This document shows positions 23,401-36,920 of a stretch of 64,000 nt of DNA, one piece after another. The stretch spans positions 290,485,765 through 290,549,764 of the forward strand of contig NC_133620.1 in NCBI RefSeq assembly GCF_048593235.1. The letters are read 5' to 3'. The notes beneath the pieces are model-generated. The model searched no databases. It was not told where the DNA came from and saw only the letters and a list, made by a program, of their open reading frames with translations. Position 1 is the first letter of the stretch. Each line of letters starts with the position of its first letter. Both the position numbers and the translations under genes were made by a program. The DNA comes from Sminthopsis crassicaudata. Lineage: Eukaryota.

Positions 23401-25463
23401 TTTATTTCTCTGCAATTTTTCCCATTTCACAAATTCTTTCCTATGTTCCTATTTCCTTTTACCATTCCCAATCTTTTCCTATTCTTCCAATTGTCACTTA
23501 ATCTGTCCCCTTCCCTCATGGACTTCTCTCCCTTTTGCCCTGTCCCTACTGATTCATGCCCTCTACATTTTCCTCTTGTGTTTCCATTCTGCCCCGCAAA
23601 GCTGTGCTGACAGTTTTCTCTCATTCTCCTGTTGCCCTGATGAGACCCGGTGAGAATGCCACTTTGGACCTGAGTTTTACTTACGCACCTCCCTACTCCA
23701 GTGGGGCCTCTTCTTCCCTGGGTCCCCCTCCCTTTGGGCTGGAGTGGCGGCGACAGCATCGGGGGACTGGACAGCTGCTCTTGGCCGTGACTCCAGGACT
23801 GGGTGGCCAGGCGCTAGGATCTCCAGAAGGGGCAGTGGCATTTGCCTCCTGGGATGAGGAAGGAGTGGAGAGCCCATGGAGTGGGAATGGGACCTTGCTA
23901 CTGCCCGATGTGAAACCTCACCAGGAGGGTACTCACCTGGCTACTGTCTACCTTCCTCACCTGCAGGCCCAGGTAGCTCTGAAGCTGAAAATACAAAGTA
24001 AGTGAAAGGGGGAACTAGATAGTGAAATACCTGAAGTAGGAAAAGGGACCTGGGACTCCGATGAGGTGGGAATAGTGGCATGTATGGAGAGAGGTTAAGT
24101 CTGGAGAGGAACTGAGAGCAAGATTGAACTGGAAGAAGAAAGAGTTCCTAGGGACCAAGGAGAGGCTAGTTAAGGCTCCCCAGGGTGGGAGTGAGATGAG
24201 TTTGCCTTTTTAAAAGGCAAAATTGTGTTTAATTGCCCCTTGACATTGACAATTGCCACTCTTCTTCCTTTTTCCTGCAGAGCCCCCAAAAGTGACCCTA
24301 ACCCCATCTCCTATGGTTTGGGCATATCCAGGGCAAGCTCCCCCAGAGCTCCTTTGCCTCATTTCCCATTTCTACCCCCCGGAAGAGCTACAAGTGTCCT
24401 GGGAGTTTCAGAATGGTATAGGAGGAGGGATCAGGGAAGCAGGTGGCCAAGCCTGGCGCTCCAGTTACCGATATCACCCTGATGGCACTGTCAGTGTCTC
24501 AGCATACCTTCGCCCATCCCCAGTCACGGTGGAGCAGCATGGCTCTCGTTATATCTGTGTGGTCCACCACTCTAGCCTTCAAGCCAAAGGACTCAGTGCC
24601 CAAGTATCTCTAGAAGTGGCAGGTAAGGAAGGACAAGGTAATGGGAGAAGAAGTCTGTGGGTCTCAAGTTCCGGGAGCACAGATCCCAGACAAAATAAAT
24701 GTGATCTTCCACCTCTTTTACACCCCCAGGAGTTTCCGGGCCTTCCTTGGAAGATGGAGTGGGGTTGTTCCTCTCAGCATTTCTCCTTCTCGGACTCCTC
24801 AAAGGAATGGAGTGGATCAGTAAGTCTCTGCATGTTACTCTCAAATCTTGGACCCCTTTCCCTAAAAACTGGGGGAATTTAGCCCCCTAAAACTTCACCC
24901 TATCAATCCTCCAAATGACGAGACCCTGCGGAAATGTTTATTCACAATGTTTAAAAATCCCATCTTCATTCTCTTTCTTTTTTTAAATTTTTGCATCCTA
25001 TCTTCTATTTCAAACACACCCATTCTATTTCAAACCCATACATACTTCACAGGGCTGTGTAACCAGAATCTCCATTCTCACCACTTTCTCTTTCTCTTCC
25101 AGAGAGCTTCCTGTCTCTTTCCCCAGATACAAAGGAAAAGGTAATCAGCTTCTTAGAGACTAAAGTCCTACTACACGTCCTCAGAATTGAATTTGTCTCC
25201 ATTTCATCTGATCCATCACCCATGCAGACTTTTTATTTTTCTCACTATTAGTGCTTAAACACCCCATTCTACCTCCTAAAATCCCTAATCCACTATCTGC
25301 TACTTATTCGTGGTCATGACGTTGGACGAGTCATTTGTCATATCTGGAGGATATCTTAATTTCCTCAAGTGTAGAACACAAGGGGTTGAAGTCCTGACTG
25401 ATGCCTATTGCCCACTATACTGCATCCCTATTTTTTTATTCTTGCTTCCAGAAATCCTATTGA
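20487..25463 (+). CDS. TAPBP: Tapasin (TAP-binding protein), 450 aa, 8 exons
   Basis: Exons 20487-20517, 20687-20884, 21606-21851, 23602-23997, 24281-24622, 24730-24819, 25103-25140, 25452-25463 (1353 nt, phases consistent). ECWFVEE, PPPFGLEWRRQH, GNGT sequon, IgC cysteines, TM with conserved Lys (LLLGLLKG) and C-terminal KKSY* ER-retrieval motif. The last exon is inferred from a strong acceptor plus the KKXX motif. Confidence 0.95.
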
Positions 25464-27576
25464 GAAAAAGAGCCAGCTGCTTAGAGCTTCGGGGGAGTCC
25501 TGCCAGACTGATGGGAAGTGTTTTGGGTAGGGGAAAGTGTGTCTCTCTCATCAAAATAAAGTTGGATCAAATGGAGTAGTTCCAGTCATGGTTAATTCAC
25601 CCTGTGACATCACCACTTCCTCAGCCCCGCATCCCTTCAGTATTCTTACTCTGCTCCACATCACTTCAGTATTCTTAACTACTGACATTTAACTAAGATT
25701 TTTTCACTTGGAACAAAAACAGTCCATATCCTCCTCAAGAGGCAGAGAGTATGGCTTCCAAGGATTAGATGTGTGGTGTCTGCCTTCCCTCAGTCCCATC
25801 AAGCGAGAAGCGTGACTGTTCTAGGAAAGGAAGAAAACTCCCGGTTACTTTTGCTAGAAAGGAAGGACACTTCAAGAGTTAAGTTGCTTCCAGACCTTGG
25901 GAAACGGGTGGAGAATTTATATGTCAGAGTGTCCTAAAAAGGCCCCAGAAATTCAGGAAGAGGCCAGGTTATTCAAGGAGGAGGATTGGTTTAGCTAATT
26001 CAAGGCGTTCCCGATGGGACCTGACAGCTGAAATTCCAGGAATGGTGCAGGGAGGGAAGAGGGACTTTAGTTCATCAGTTCCATCACAAAGAGGTCCCAG
26101 GACGATGAACCTGGAGGTGGGAGGAAAGCTACTGTGGTGGCTCCACTAGCCGGGAGCATATTCTCACTTAGCCCGGAAGAGCTCTCTACCTTGTGTCATC
26201 ATTGCTTTGGGGTTCAGCTCTAGAAAAGATCGGCCCTCAGGGGCTGGATTTGGCTCTCTCTTCGCCGGCGGCACCCTTTCTTTGCCAAGCATTGAGGCTG
26301 CTTGGGTTAAGGGAACTGCTTCATTCCCAAAGTAGGGATTGCAGGGTTGTCCATCTTTCCCATTCCCCTTACACGCGTAATAGTTATTGCTCCCTCTTCA
26401 GGTTAAGGAGGAGCCGAGGGCTGGTAGCAGGTTGGAGCTAGGATTATGGTCCCCAGATTGCTGTTGAGAAATAGAGACCCTATATGGCAGGCCAGAATCA
26501 GGCCCTGCCATCCCTGCCCTCGTTACGGTTTTGTCACAGACATTCCCTTTGCAATTATCCCCTAACTAATACCAAATACCGGCATTCCTTAAGAGTGCAA
26601 GTCTGGGGGGAAAGGGCTCAGAGTGGGACCCAGGAAAACAGGCTCGCCCACCTCCAAAGGAGACTTGGCCAGGAGAGCATACAGAACAAGATGTGCTATT
26701 TACCCTACTGTTTTCCCTTCCACGGAAACCCTTGCGGGCCCCTAGGAAAACCAGTACTGGATTCTATCCCCGCCTCTTTCCTTAATGAGAGAGGAAGAGA
26801 GGTGGACACTTCCCATTTATAGTGTTCCTGGCTCATAGGAACTGCAAAGACTCATGTCATTTTTGCTAATTGGACTAGGGTGGGAGTAGATGTAAAAACA
26901 GGAACTTGGGGGCCCGGTTCCCCAGAGAGGAAAGGCTTCAAGCCTAGGGGGTGTCCTGGGTACCTGGCTATCTGATGAGATGACACCCCTTTCCCCCCTC
27001 CTCCCCCGCCCATTTCACACCCAATGTCCGGATTCTCTGCACTTCCTTCTCTATTAGCACTCTGAGCAAGCAGAGGACTGCCAGGAGGAGGAAGAGGGAG
27101 GAGGAGCGGAAAAAGGGGGGGGGGGGGCGGAAAAAACAGGGAGGGACTCGGAACTGCGGCCTGAGACTGACAAGAGCAGCTGCCCAGAGGCCCGCGCCAT
27201 CCCTGCCCCGACCGGAGCCAGGTCAGAGCCCCAGAGCCCCCCTCTCCGCCCAGACGCTGTCCTTTCCTCTGGGTCGGCCCCCCAGATTCCCCACATACCA
27301 GTCCCTATATAAGTCTCCTTCCAGCCCACAAGTACCCAAGCCTTCCGTTCTGATTCCCCACTCCTACATACCGTCCGCCGTGCTTGTAACCCCTTCGGAT
27401 GCCTCCATCCAATGAACTTGTCCACCCCGCGTCCGGCTCTGTCCACCCTCTCCAGCCCTTCTCTGGAGGTCCTCCTCTTCCTCCTCTTTCCCCCACCTTG
27501 ACGCTCCTCCTTCCTTGTTTTTCCCAGGCGGCCCCATGGCTCGACCCGGTTGATCCCCTAAATCCTAATCTCAGCC

Positions 27577-30500
27577 ATGCTCCCCAGACCCCTGAGATTG
27601 CTGCTGGAATCGGGAGAGGCCTCCCCTGGGGGAGTCGTTCTGAGCGGCTTTAGGAGCCGGGACCCTGAAGGGGGCAGAAGCCTGGGGAGGGGCGGAGAAG
27701 AGGAGGAGGAGGAGGAAGAGGAAGAGGTAAGACTTGGGGATAGCTGGGGGGGGGGGGCATGCATGCACAATAAAGTGTTGCTCTATGTAGCTTTCTCCTA
27801 AGTCTGCTCTGCTCTGTCTCTGTGGCTCCGTTTCTAGGCTCTGTCTATTTGCCAGCGTGTCCCAGATGCTCGCCCATCTACCTGCCTGCCCACCTGTCTC
27901 TCTGTCACCTTCTCTTCCGCTCCTTCTCCCGCCTGCTCCTGCTTTGTTTCCTCCGCGTCTATCACTGCCCCTTTCCTGTACACAGATGGTGGACTGCCTG
28001 CTCTCCCCTGTTGTTTGAGGAGGAGGGGTTTGTTTCCACAGTAACCTGATCCCCTTGCTCTGGGATTGGGGAGGAAGCCCTCAGATTCGCCACCCCTCCC
28101 CTAAGCTGTGGGGGAAAGTTTAGGGAAAGGACCGGAGAGTTTCCTGGACTGGGAGGGGCTGGCGGTGGAGGTGGAGGAAGTGTTTGTCTTTGTGGTGGAA
28201 TGCCAGATGCCCCAGTGTCTCTGGTGATGGGGCTAGTCGGCAGCTCTATGTGGGGCCCCAGGGCCTGTACTTCTGGGTCCCTGAGAGAGTCAGTGATGGG
28301 ACCTGTTGGGCTGGTTTTTCTGGATTGGGTTTAGGAGGGACTGAGGCCACGTGATCCCTGAGTCTTCTCCACCCCTACTTTAGCTTCCAGCTAATCCCAC
28401 TTCCCCTTCTTCTTCCTTCGGAGCGGAGCTGCTGCCTTGAGGAAGGGGTTCTTGGGGGTTGAGAGGAGAGAGAGAGAGACAGAGGATGTAGGGGGAAACT
28501 CACAGGGGAATACGGCTGTGGAGGATGGGGGTGACAGGGTCATTCCCTGGACTCAGACGTTGCCCTAGTTGGGGGGCAGGGAATTGAACTGAAACTATGT
28601 AACTCAAGTTTCTGTCTCTCGGCCTGTGTCTCGGCCCTGTGGGAGGGAGGGCCCCCAGGATCTGGGCTTGTGTACCCAATCATCCCTCTCCCCCTCACGG
28701 GGCGCTGAGATGGCTTGGGGGAGGTGCCTGCCTCATTCCCACGAGAAGGGGTCCAGGGTCCACAACCTCTCCCACTCCCCAACTCGATGGTACTGCTCCC
28801 CTCCTCAGGTGATGGAACAAATACTGAGAGTGAAATGGGGGTGATTGGGAGGCGGGGAGCCCGCACCGTGTATAGAGGAGCAATGAGTTAACACTGAGTC
28901 ATTTCCCTTTCCAGGCCCCTGTGTCTGTCTGGGAAGAAGATGAGGACGGCGCGACCTTCACTGTTACCTGTCGACAATATCGGCCCCTTGACCCCCAGGT
29001 GAGACCCTGTCTCCCACCTTCTCGCCTCCCTGCTCTCCTCCAGTCGTTCTTCCTGAACACTGCATGGCAACTGTCCATCAAAATCAAGGATCACGTGACC
29101 TACGTTTAGACTGTTCTGCCATGGATTTTATTGTTTTGAGCAAGAAACTTCCTCTCTGAACCTGTTTCTTTCTTTACACCAGCACTAACCCTTCCACAGC
29201 TGACTCTTCTGCTGACCCCACAGATATTCTAGACTTCCTCATGGGCCACTTTGCTAGTTGTTCCCACTTAATTGTTTGAGTCTGTGAGCTCTGAGTTGGC
29301 GGGGAGAAGCGGAGGGAGAGAAGAGTCAGCGCCCTTTCCCGCCTTCCGCAGGCTCCCACGCCTCCGCCTCGCTCTTCCCGTCGACTTCGGGCTGGGACTC
29401 TGTCTGCTCTCGTCAGACATCTGCTGGACGCCAGGACGTCGGGGTCTGACCTGACCTTCATGCCAGCCTTTTTGGCCACCCACAGGGCATTCACCTCCAC
29501 ACCCACTGTACTGGGATTGTTGGCTGACAGGTATGGGGGAATGGGGATTAGAATGTCCAGAGAATCATCTGGCTAGAGAAGTCAGAGGCCACAGGGTAAT
29601 TGGGAAGATGGACAGACGGACTTCCCTCTTTTCCCTCCAGATTAGAGGCCTTAGAATCCAGTCCCAGTGCTGATTTGTGCAGAACAAGAGGGTAAGTGAC
29701 TCCTGAACCTTTGACCCTCCTATCCCACTCCACTCTAGCTATGGCTTGACCCCAGCTTGATTTCTTATACCAGGCTGATCCCCTCCCCCAGGTTAGCCAT
29801 CTCTGTTCTTTCAACTTGGCTGACCTCTCACCCTGAGGATTTTGGCTCTGAGGTCAGGGGACAACTTGACCGGCTTGAGAGCTTCCTGCTACGGACAGGG
29901 GATGAAGCAGGGGAGGTTGTTGGGGGGGACATCGTTGATCTCATCCAAGACCTCCGATCCCGGGTGGCCCTCCCAGTCCCTGACCTTCCTAAGCCCCTGG
30001 TTTCCCCTGGCGATCCCCCTGCTGATCCCACGGATGTCCTGGTGTTCCTCGCTGACCACTTGGCCGAGCAGCTGACCCTGCTGGATGCGGTGAGACCCTG
30101 ACCTCTGACCTCTCCCATCCTCCCTCAAATGATCTCTCACTAAATTATCCTTTACTCCTGGATTTACCCCTTGCTTCTGATGCTTTCCCCCATAACCTTC
30201 CTTGTCCCTGTCAGTTTTTTCCTGCTGAAGCCTGTTTATATTTATAAACTCCATGGAAACTTATTCATTGTCCATCTGAAGTCTCCAAACCCAAGATTAC
30301 TGGAACACTGACCCTCACCTCTCCATGACCCCTTTTTTTGAAGGACCCCAACTGTAACCTTTGACCTCTAAATCTTGCCCCACCAGGAGCTGTTCCTCTC
30401 CTTGGTCCCTTCTCAGTGCCTTGGAGCAATATGGGGCCACAGGGATCGGCCCGGTCACTCCCACCTCTGTCCTTCTGTCAGAGCCACAGTGACTCAGTTT

Positions 30501-33500
30501 AATAAGGTAGCTGGAGCTGTGGTTAGTTCTGTCTTGGGAGCCACGGCATCTGGAGAGGGCCTTGAAGAGGTGAACATCCGGCCCCTCCGACCCCCCCAGA
30601 GGGCGAGGCTTCTAGAGAAATGGATCCGGGTGGCCGAGGTGAGAAGACTTTTAGGGAATGCTTTACACTCAGAGTGGGAAGGCAGAGCAAGAGGAAATCA
30701 AAGGCAAACTTAGCCAGGATTTTGAAGAGCAGTTTTTCTTGGCTGAAGAATTGAAGCAATTAGAGAATTCTGATTCTAGACACCAGATAAAATGATCACA
30801 CTACCTTCCCCCCTTCACTAGGAGTGTCGGCTTCTGCGGAACTTCTCCTCTGTTTATGCTGTTGTGTCAGCCCTTCAATCCAGTCCTGTCCACAGGCTCC
30901 GGTTGGCCTGGGGAGAGATAACCAGGTATTTGTGGGGAACAGAATCATAGAGGAAGGGGCAGGGTCCTCATCTGGATTCATGGAAGAAGGCTGAGTATAC
31001 TCCTAAGGAAAAGATGGTCTTAAGGGATGGATCCTGGGGCTTTTAGGAGGATTGGAGATAAAGATTCTCAGGACCTCTCCCTCTTCTTCTAATCAGGGAC
31101 AGCCTCCGCCTCTTCTCCAGCCTCTGTCAGACTTTCTCAGAGGAAGATAATTATTCCCAAAGCCGGGAGCTACTACTCCAGGTACTCCCTTACCTCTTCC
31201 TTCCTTTACTGCTCCCTTTGACTCCTCAAATACCAGTCCCTGGATCTCACTCTTTAATTTTCTCCCAAATGATTGTGTTTTCCTCCAGGAAGCAAAGGTG
31301 CCGCTGCCGCTGGAGCCAAACACCAAGAAACCTGTGAGAAACGTGCTGCCTCAGGGTGGGGTGAGTGTCTGCCGAGAGGGGGAACAAGGTCAGATGTGGA
31401 AGACAGGACGTTGAATTGGGAATCCCACAGATCTGGCTTCTCACTCACCACAAGCCTTAGTTTTCTTGTCTATAAAATGTATATGCAGTAACATTAAGAG
31501 ACTGCATAGCAGAGAACAGGGAACTGGCCTTGGAGCCAGGAAACTCGGGGTCAACACCAACTCCTAACACATACTGGAGAAGTCACTTAACCTTGGTGTT
31601 CAAGAAAATGCTTAAGTTGCAGAGGAGATGTCAGCCTGAATTGTAGAGGAAATTTCCTCTTCTGGGAGGGAATTCCCTATGCCATCAGTCCAATCCCTGC
31701 CTTATCCTTAATGACACTATCTACCTTAGGATTGTAGGGAATATACTTCAGAAACTGTAAAGCACTAGAAATATGAAATCATCATTATAAAAGGACAAAG
31801 TGATGGTGGGGCACCAAGAGTGTGGGGGGGTAGTTAAACCATGGTTCTTCCTTCCTGCCTTCAGGGTGTGGTCCCATACCTTGGCACCTTCCTGAAAGAT
31901 CTGGTAATGCTGGATGCAGCATCCAGGGATGAGCTGGAGGTCAGTGTGTGTGGCTAGCCTTGGGGGAGAGTAGTGCATCATCGTGGTTTTTTTTTGTTTT
32001 TATTTTTTTAAATATGTGACTAGAGGTTGGGTGGGAATTAAAGTTCTAGGAAACTAGGTCAAAGTTTTCATTCTTCCACCTTCCTCCCTTTCCCCCCCAC
32101 TAGAACGGCTACATCAACTTTGACAAGAGGAGGAAGGTAATGAGGGCAGTTGGATGCAGACTCCCCAGGGAAGGGATGGGAGGGTTGACCTTGGGCTTCC
32201 TCAGTATCAAGGATCTCTCATTCTTGAAGTACCTCTTGCAGGAATTCTCTGTCCTGTCTGAGCTTAGACGTCTTCAGGATGAATGTCGACGTTATGACCT
32301 CCGGCCTGATCCTAATGTCCAGCATTGGTTTCAAGGGCTCCAGCCCCTGACAGAGGCTCAAAGGTGACTGATTTGGTAATGGAAGCTTGGGAGAGGGGAG
32401 AAGAGAGCTAGAGACTGGGATATTTAACATAAGGATGATATTTGGGGTAGCAAGTTCTGACTCTTGAACTTTGAACCTCCACCAGTCACCATGTGTCTTG
32501 TGAAGTGGAGCCATCTGGAGTCAGTGATCCCCCAGCTCCCCGGATGCTTCGGCCAACACTGGTCATCTCTCACTGGACAGAGTGAGAGGAGGATGGAGAG
32601 AATGGGGGTTAGGGGAGGTTGTTTCTATGGAAGCAAAAGAGTAGCCTCTAGAGGAGGTTAGTAGGGGACTTTTAGTTTTTCCTTCTAACCTATCCAGTCC
32701 TTTCTCACAGTGTACTAGGATCTGTTGGTGGTCCTACTCCCCTTGTCTCTTGGGATCAGCCTGGTCCCAGAGAGGATAGCACGACCAGCTCTGCTGCTCC
32801 CTTGCTCACTCGCCTCGCCCAGGTAAGGCCCTGATCCTAGACGTCAGCGCTACCCTTCCCTCTGTCTTCCTTATTGTTCCATTGACTTTTATTATGTCTC
32901 ATCTGTCTCTAGCACATGAAATGGCCATCTGTATCGTCTCTGGACTCTGCCCTGGATGGGGCTCCTTCCTCCCACACTCCTGCCAATCCTAGTTTCCTCT
33001 CCCCAACATCCCGTTCTCCCAGGCCCACCCGAGGTCACCGCCGCTCTGCCTCTTGTGGCTCTCCTTTTAGCAGTGGACCAGAGGAGGGCACTGCCATTGG
33101 GACAGGCTCTGGGAGTGGGCAGAGAAGTGGACCAGGGGCCTCTGACTGTCGCATCATCCGTGTGCAGATGGAGCTTGGGAATGATGGAAGTGTCTACAAG
33201 AGCATACTGGTGAGAGGACACTAATAGAGGGTTTAAGAGAAGTATAGAATGAGGTGAACCAGTTTGAATTTGTCTGCTGTCTTAGGTTTTTGCAGCCCCT
33301 AAAAATACACAAAAGCTGTACTTTTGTGTGTGTGTGTGTGTTGATCCTATTGAATATCAGAAACCACCTGACACATTTAGTAGCCATTCTTGAATGACTG
33401 ACTGGTAATCTGAAAGGTTGGAGGGGTGGTATTGGTGATTTCTTTTATCAATGAGATGTGCTGTGAGTAATCCAGTGGGCATCTTTGGCTTCTTTTGGAT

Positions 33501-34077
33501 CACTCATTATGTTGGATTTTCTTTTACATATTAGCCTGTTAGGTATGGATATTCATTTTGATCTGGGCACCAGTGTCCAACTAGGCTGGTTCTTTGATTG
33601 TGCTTAGGTGACAAGCCAGGACAAGGCTCCAAGTGTTATTAGTTGTGTCCTGAAAAAAAATAATCGGGATCCAGCAATAGCTGCAGATTTCGAATTGGTG
33701 CAACTGCTGCCAGGCGATCGAGGTCAGATGTCACAGAGGGAGGGAGGTTAAAAGCCAGTCTTGTAAAGTGATGGGTTGGTCATTGGGAACCTCAGTGACT
33801 TGGAATAATTAATTCTGCTTTTATTTTTTGACCCTGAATCTTATGTCTCTCTGATGACTGTTCAGAACTGACTATTCCACCATCAGCTAATGTCTTCTAT
33901 GCCATGGATAGTGCCTCTAGTGATTTCCTGTTGAGACATCGACGGCAACCCTCTTCAGTAATTCCTGGTTTCTCCGGTGGATCTGCTATCCCTGCAGATT
34001 CTTCCAGTGAGGGAGGAGGAAGTTCCTTTCCCAGGATCAAGGCCACCGGACGAAAAATTGCTCGGGCACTGTTCTGA
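27577..34077 (+). CDS. RGL2: Ral guanine nucleotide dissociation stimulator-like 2 (RGL2/Rlf), 778 aa, 17 coding exons
   Basis: Exons 27577-27726, 28915-28998, 29352-29530, 29641-29691, 29792-30089, 30387-30638, 30822-30925, 31097-31181, 31289-31360, 31865-31939, 32104-32136, 32242-32363, 32486-32581, 32711-32822, 32913-33209, 33608-33722, 33866-34077 (2337 nt). REM, CDC25-type GEF (GVVPYLGTFLKDL) and RA domains. Ends RIKATGRKIARALF*. Confidence 0.97.
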
Positions 34078-34536
34078 GGAAGTCATATTGTTTTGCAGAA
34101 GCAACAGTGACTACGTTGTTGGATATTAGCCATCTTGAATGGTGGTGGCCATGTTGGATTGAGACAGTCATCTTGTATGGTAATTAATCATTCTTGGTCA
34201 GAAAGGAACAGCCCTGGGTGTTTACTACACAGCTGTTAGACAGCTACTTTGGATTCCTGTGGCTATTTTGGTAGAAGACAGGGAAAGGTAACATTTATCA
34301 AGGCTCCTATCTTCTGAGTCTTACTATTTGTGTCATACTGTCACCCTTGACTCTTTTCTACTTGTCACACTCAGAATGCAAGGGCCAGGGAAAGGCTTGA
34401 AAGGAGCATGGCCTAGAGGCTCTGAGTACTAGGAATGGGTGAAGGGAGGGGAGAAAAAGGAAGGTCTTACAGGGGCTCCTTTTCTATGATCCCCCACCCC
34501 CAGCCAGGAACTCCTGTGCTATGACTACACTAAAAC

Positions 34537-34542
34537 AATAAA
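34537..34542 (+). terminator. RGL2 polyadenylation signal
   Basis: AATAAA ~460 nt after the stop codon. Confidence 0.55.
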
Positions 34543-34942
34543 CACTACATGACCCTGACTCATCCTTTGACTTCTAGAATCTGTGCACCTTGGAAGCTCA
34601 CAGAACCAAGTCCTGGTTCATGCCAGTTGCCATTTCCTTGGAAGGGTTTCAAGTGAGAGAGCTTGACAATAATGTTCTAATTCTTCAAGAATTCATGTTC
34701 AGCCCATTAAGTCCATGATTCCATCATTTAAAAACGCTCCTAGTCAACCTTCATTTCCCAGCTCAGAGCCTTATAGTCATCCAATCTTGGATCACTGTCA
34801 CACACCAAAACCTCATAGTGTGAGCACCAAATTGTTCTGCTAGTTGCTAATTTGAAAAAGGGAACACTAAGGACACTAAGCTAAAGAGAAATTATTCAAT
34901 AAAAAGTAGTGTAAACTAAAACATTTCAAGAAATTCAATTCA

Positions 34943-35058
34943 GAGCACCAGCCCTGAATTCAGGAGGACCCGAGTTCAAATCTGGTCTCAGACACTTAAC
35001 ACTTCCTAGCTGAGTGACCCTGGGCAAGTCACTTAACCCCAGCCTCAGGGGGGGAAAA
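34943..35058 (+). mobile_element. WSINE1-like SINE, 5'-truncated, with target-site duplication
   Basis: Body gagcaccagccctgaattcaggaggacccg...cttaaccccagcctc. TSD aaattcaattca at 34931-34942 and 35059-35070. Confidence 0.9.
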
Positions 35059-35860
35059 AAATTCAATTCAAATTTCTGGATCATATAGCATAGCAAGTTA
35101 CAGAGAAGGTAAGTATGTTTGGACAAAATAGTGCATACACGTTGGTAGTGTACACACCTGCAGACTTCTCTTAAAGTGGTCTTAGATAAAATCCAATCTT
35201 TTAGGTAGCAAGAATTATTAGAGTGAGAATCAGAGGACCCATGAAAATTTATTTGACGTCCCTCCAGTTCTATTAAAACTAGACAGCCACCAATTAAACA
35301 GGGACCAATTTTCATGACTTCTGAGGTCCATTCCATAATTTCAATAAAAATCTTGTCAGGTAAGGATAGCTGTCACTAACCTTTTGGGGCTAATAACATG
35401 GAATATAATTATAGGTTCATCACAGTAATTATCACACAATATTAGAATGTTTCTTGTATTTATAATCAAAGAACATATCTGCCTCACATCCCCAAGATGT
35501 GTCTTTTTCCCCTCCCATACATGGGCATCATTCTATATGAAATTTTAATGTCTGACTATACTATCTATGGTAAAGGAATAGAGTTGAAGGCATGGGTGGA
35601 AAACAGATTCAATTTTTAGTCTGTAACTTAAGGTTCGAATCAGACTTAGAAAATCCCCATTCACTAGGAAATAAATGAAGTTGAACAGGAGAAACTAAGG
35701 TGAAACTATAGTTGGTACAGGACTGAAACAGGAAGGGTAAGTAAGGGAGGCAGGAAAATAGATGAAACTAATGTAATGCTTAGAAAACAAGACCAGAGTT
35801 GGGTATTTTCACATTTTATTCGCCAGTCTTTTCCTTCTTTATATCCTCGCCAACCAAAGA

Positions 35861-36920
35861 TCAAGCCTTTCCCATAGACCCTGCCTTGGCAGCCTGGGCC
35901 CGCTGGAATTCCTGCTGCAGCTGAGCCAGGGCTTCACGTTGTTTTTCAGACTGTTTTTCCAGGTCTCGGAGCTGAGATTCGTATCGTTTACTAAAGGGAA
36001 GTAGGGAAGACCCAAAAAGATAATCATGTAGGAACTTGACAAGTTGGGGGGGAAAGCCTGGGACAACTGTACAATAGATTAGTAAACTAATGAGGGATCA
36101 ATGTGATTTATTACTGGGGAGGAGAAAAGAAAGAAATGAATAAAGTTAAAGTGCATTTGACAACGAAATGGATATGAAAACCACACGGACAAAAGCTGAG
36201 AGAGTGGGGGTGGGAGGGGGATCGCACTCACATCTCCGCCGTGATGTAGTCCAGTCTCTTGCCCACAGTAGCTCGGGCCTCCCCCAGTTCCTGTTTGACC
36301 AACACTGGGCCCAGAAGCTTGAACACCACGTTGGATCCATCCAACAGAGCTAACTCCTGGGGTCAGAGAGAGAGGGTTGGGACACGCGAGCCTGGGAACT
36401 TTTCCCGGCCCGGCCCCGCCGAGCCCAGGCTCACCTCTTTCACGATGTTATTTTCTGTCAACTGCGCCTCCAGCTTCTGTCGGCTAGACATAGACTTACT
36501 CAAGTCTGGGCGAGAAGAAACGGGAAGGGAAAGTTAGAAAACTCGAACCCCTGATCCCAACAAGTCCGTCACCAGCCTCGGAGATTCGCTTTACCCGCGA
36601 AGCGCTCGCTTCCCCCACACTACGGGGCCCGGGGGCGGAGGCAGGACCCACAAACCCCGCCTCACAGAGGAGGAAAGGGGCCTGCACAAGGGGAGCGCCT
36701 CAACACCAGAGTCTAACACCTTTTATTAAGTTTTGTTCAGCCCATTCCACGCGTAGGACCCCGGCTTGGCGGCGGAGGGGCTCCTGGGGGTCTCTGCGGG
36801 ATTCCCGAACATCTGGCAGCCAAGCATGCCGGCAGCCCCCGGCCCGGCTCACTCACCCTTCTGCAGCTGTTGGTACTTCTCCAATTCCCCCTGAAGCCTT
36901 TTCTGAATCACCTCGGCCAT
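35861..36920 (-). CDS. PFDN6: Prefoldin subunit 6 (KE2), 129 aa, 4 coding exons
   Basis: Exons 36920-36857, 36505-36435, 36356-36232, 35990-35861 (64+71+125+130 nt). MAEVIQKRLQGELEKYQQLQKDLSKSMSSRQKLEAQL...AKAGSMGKA*. AATAAA on the minus strand at 35815-35820. Confidence 0.97.

Noticed and set aside
24623-24882. TAPBP ORF reading through intron 5 into a shifted exon 6 (possible TM-less isoform)
   Set aside because: It needs retention of two introns, and canonical strong splice sites explain the gene fully. No sequence evidence of use.
25635-25677. 14-bp direct repeat cttcagtattctta
   Set aside because: Only two copies, consistent with a trivial local slippage duplication. Not an array.
33644-33646. 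Arg-to-Cys change (VISCVLKK) in the RGL2 Ras-association domain
   Set aside because: A single CpG-type substitution at a position that varies in the RalGDS family. No basis to call it functional.
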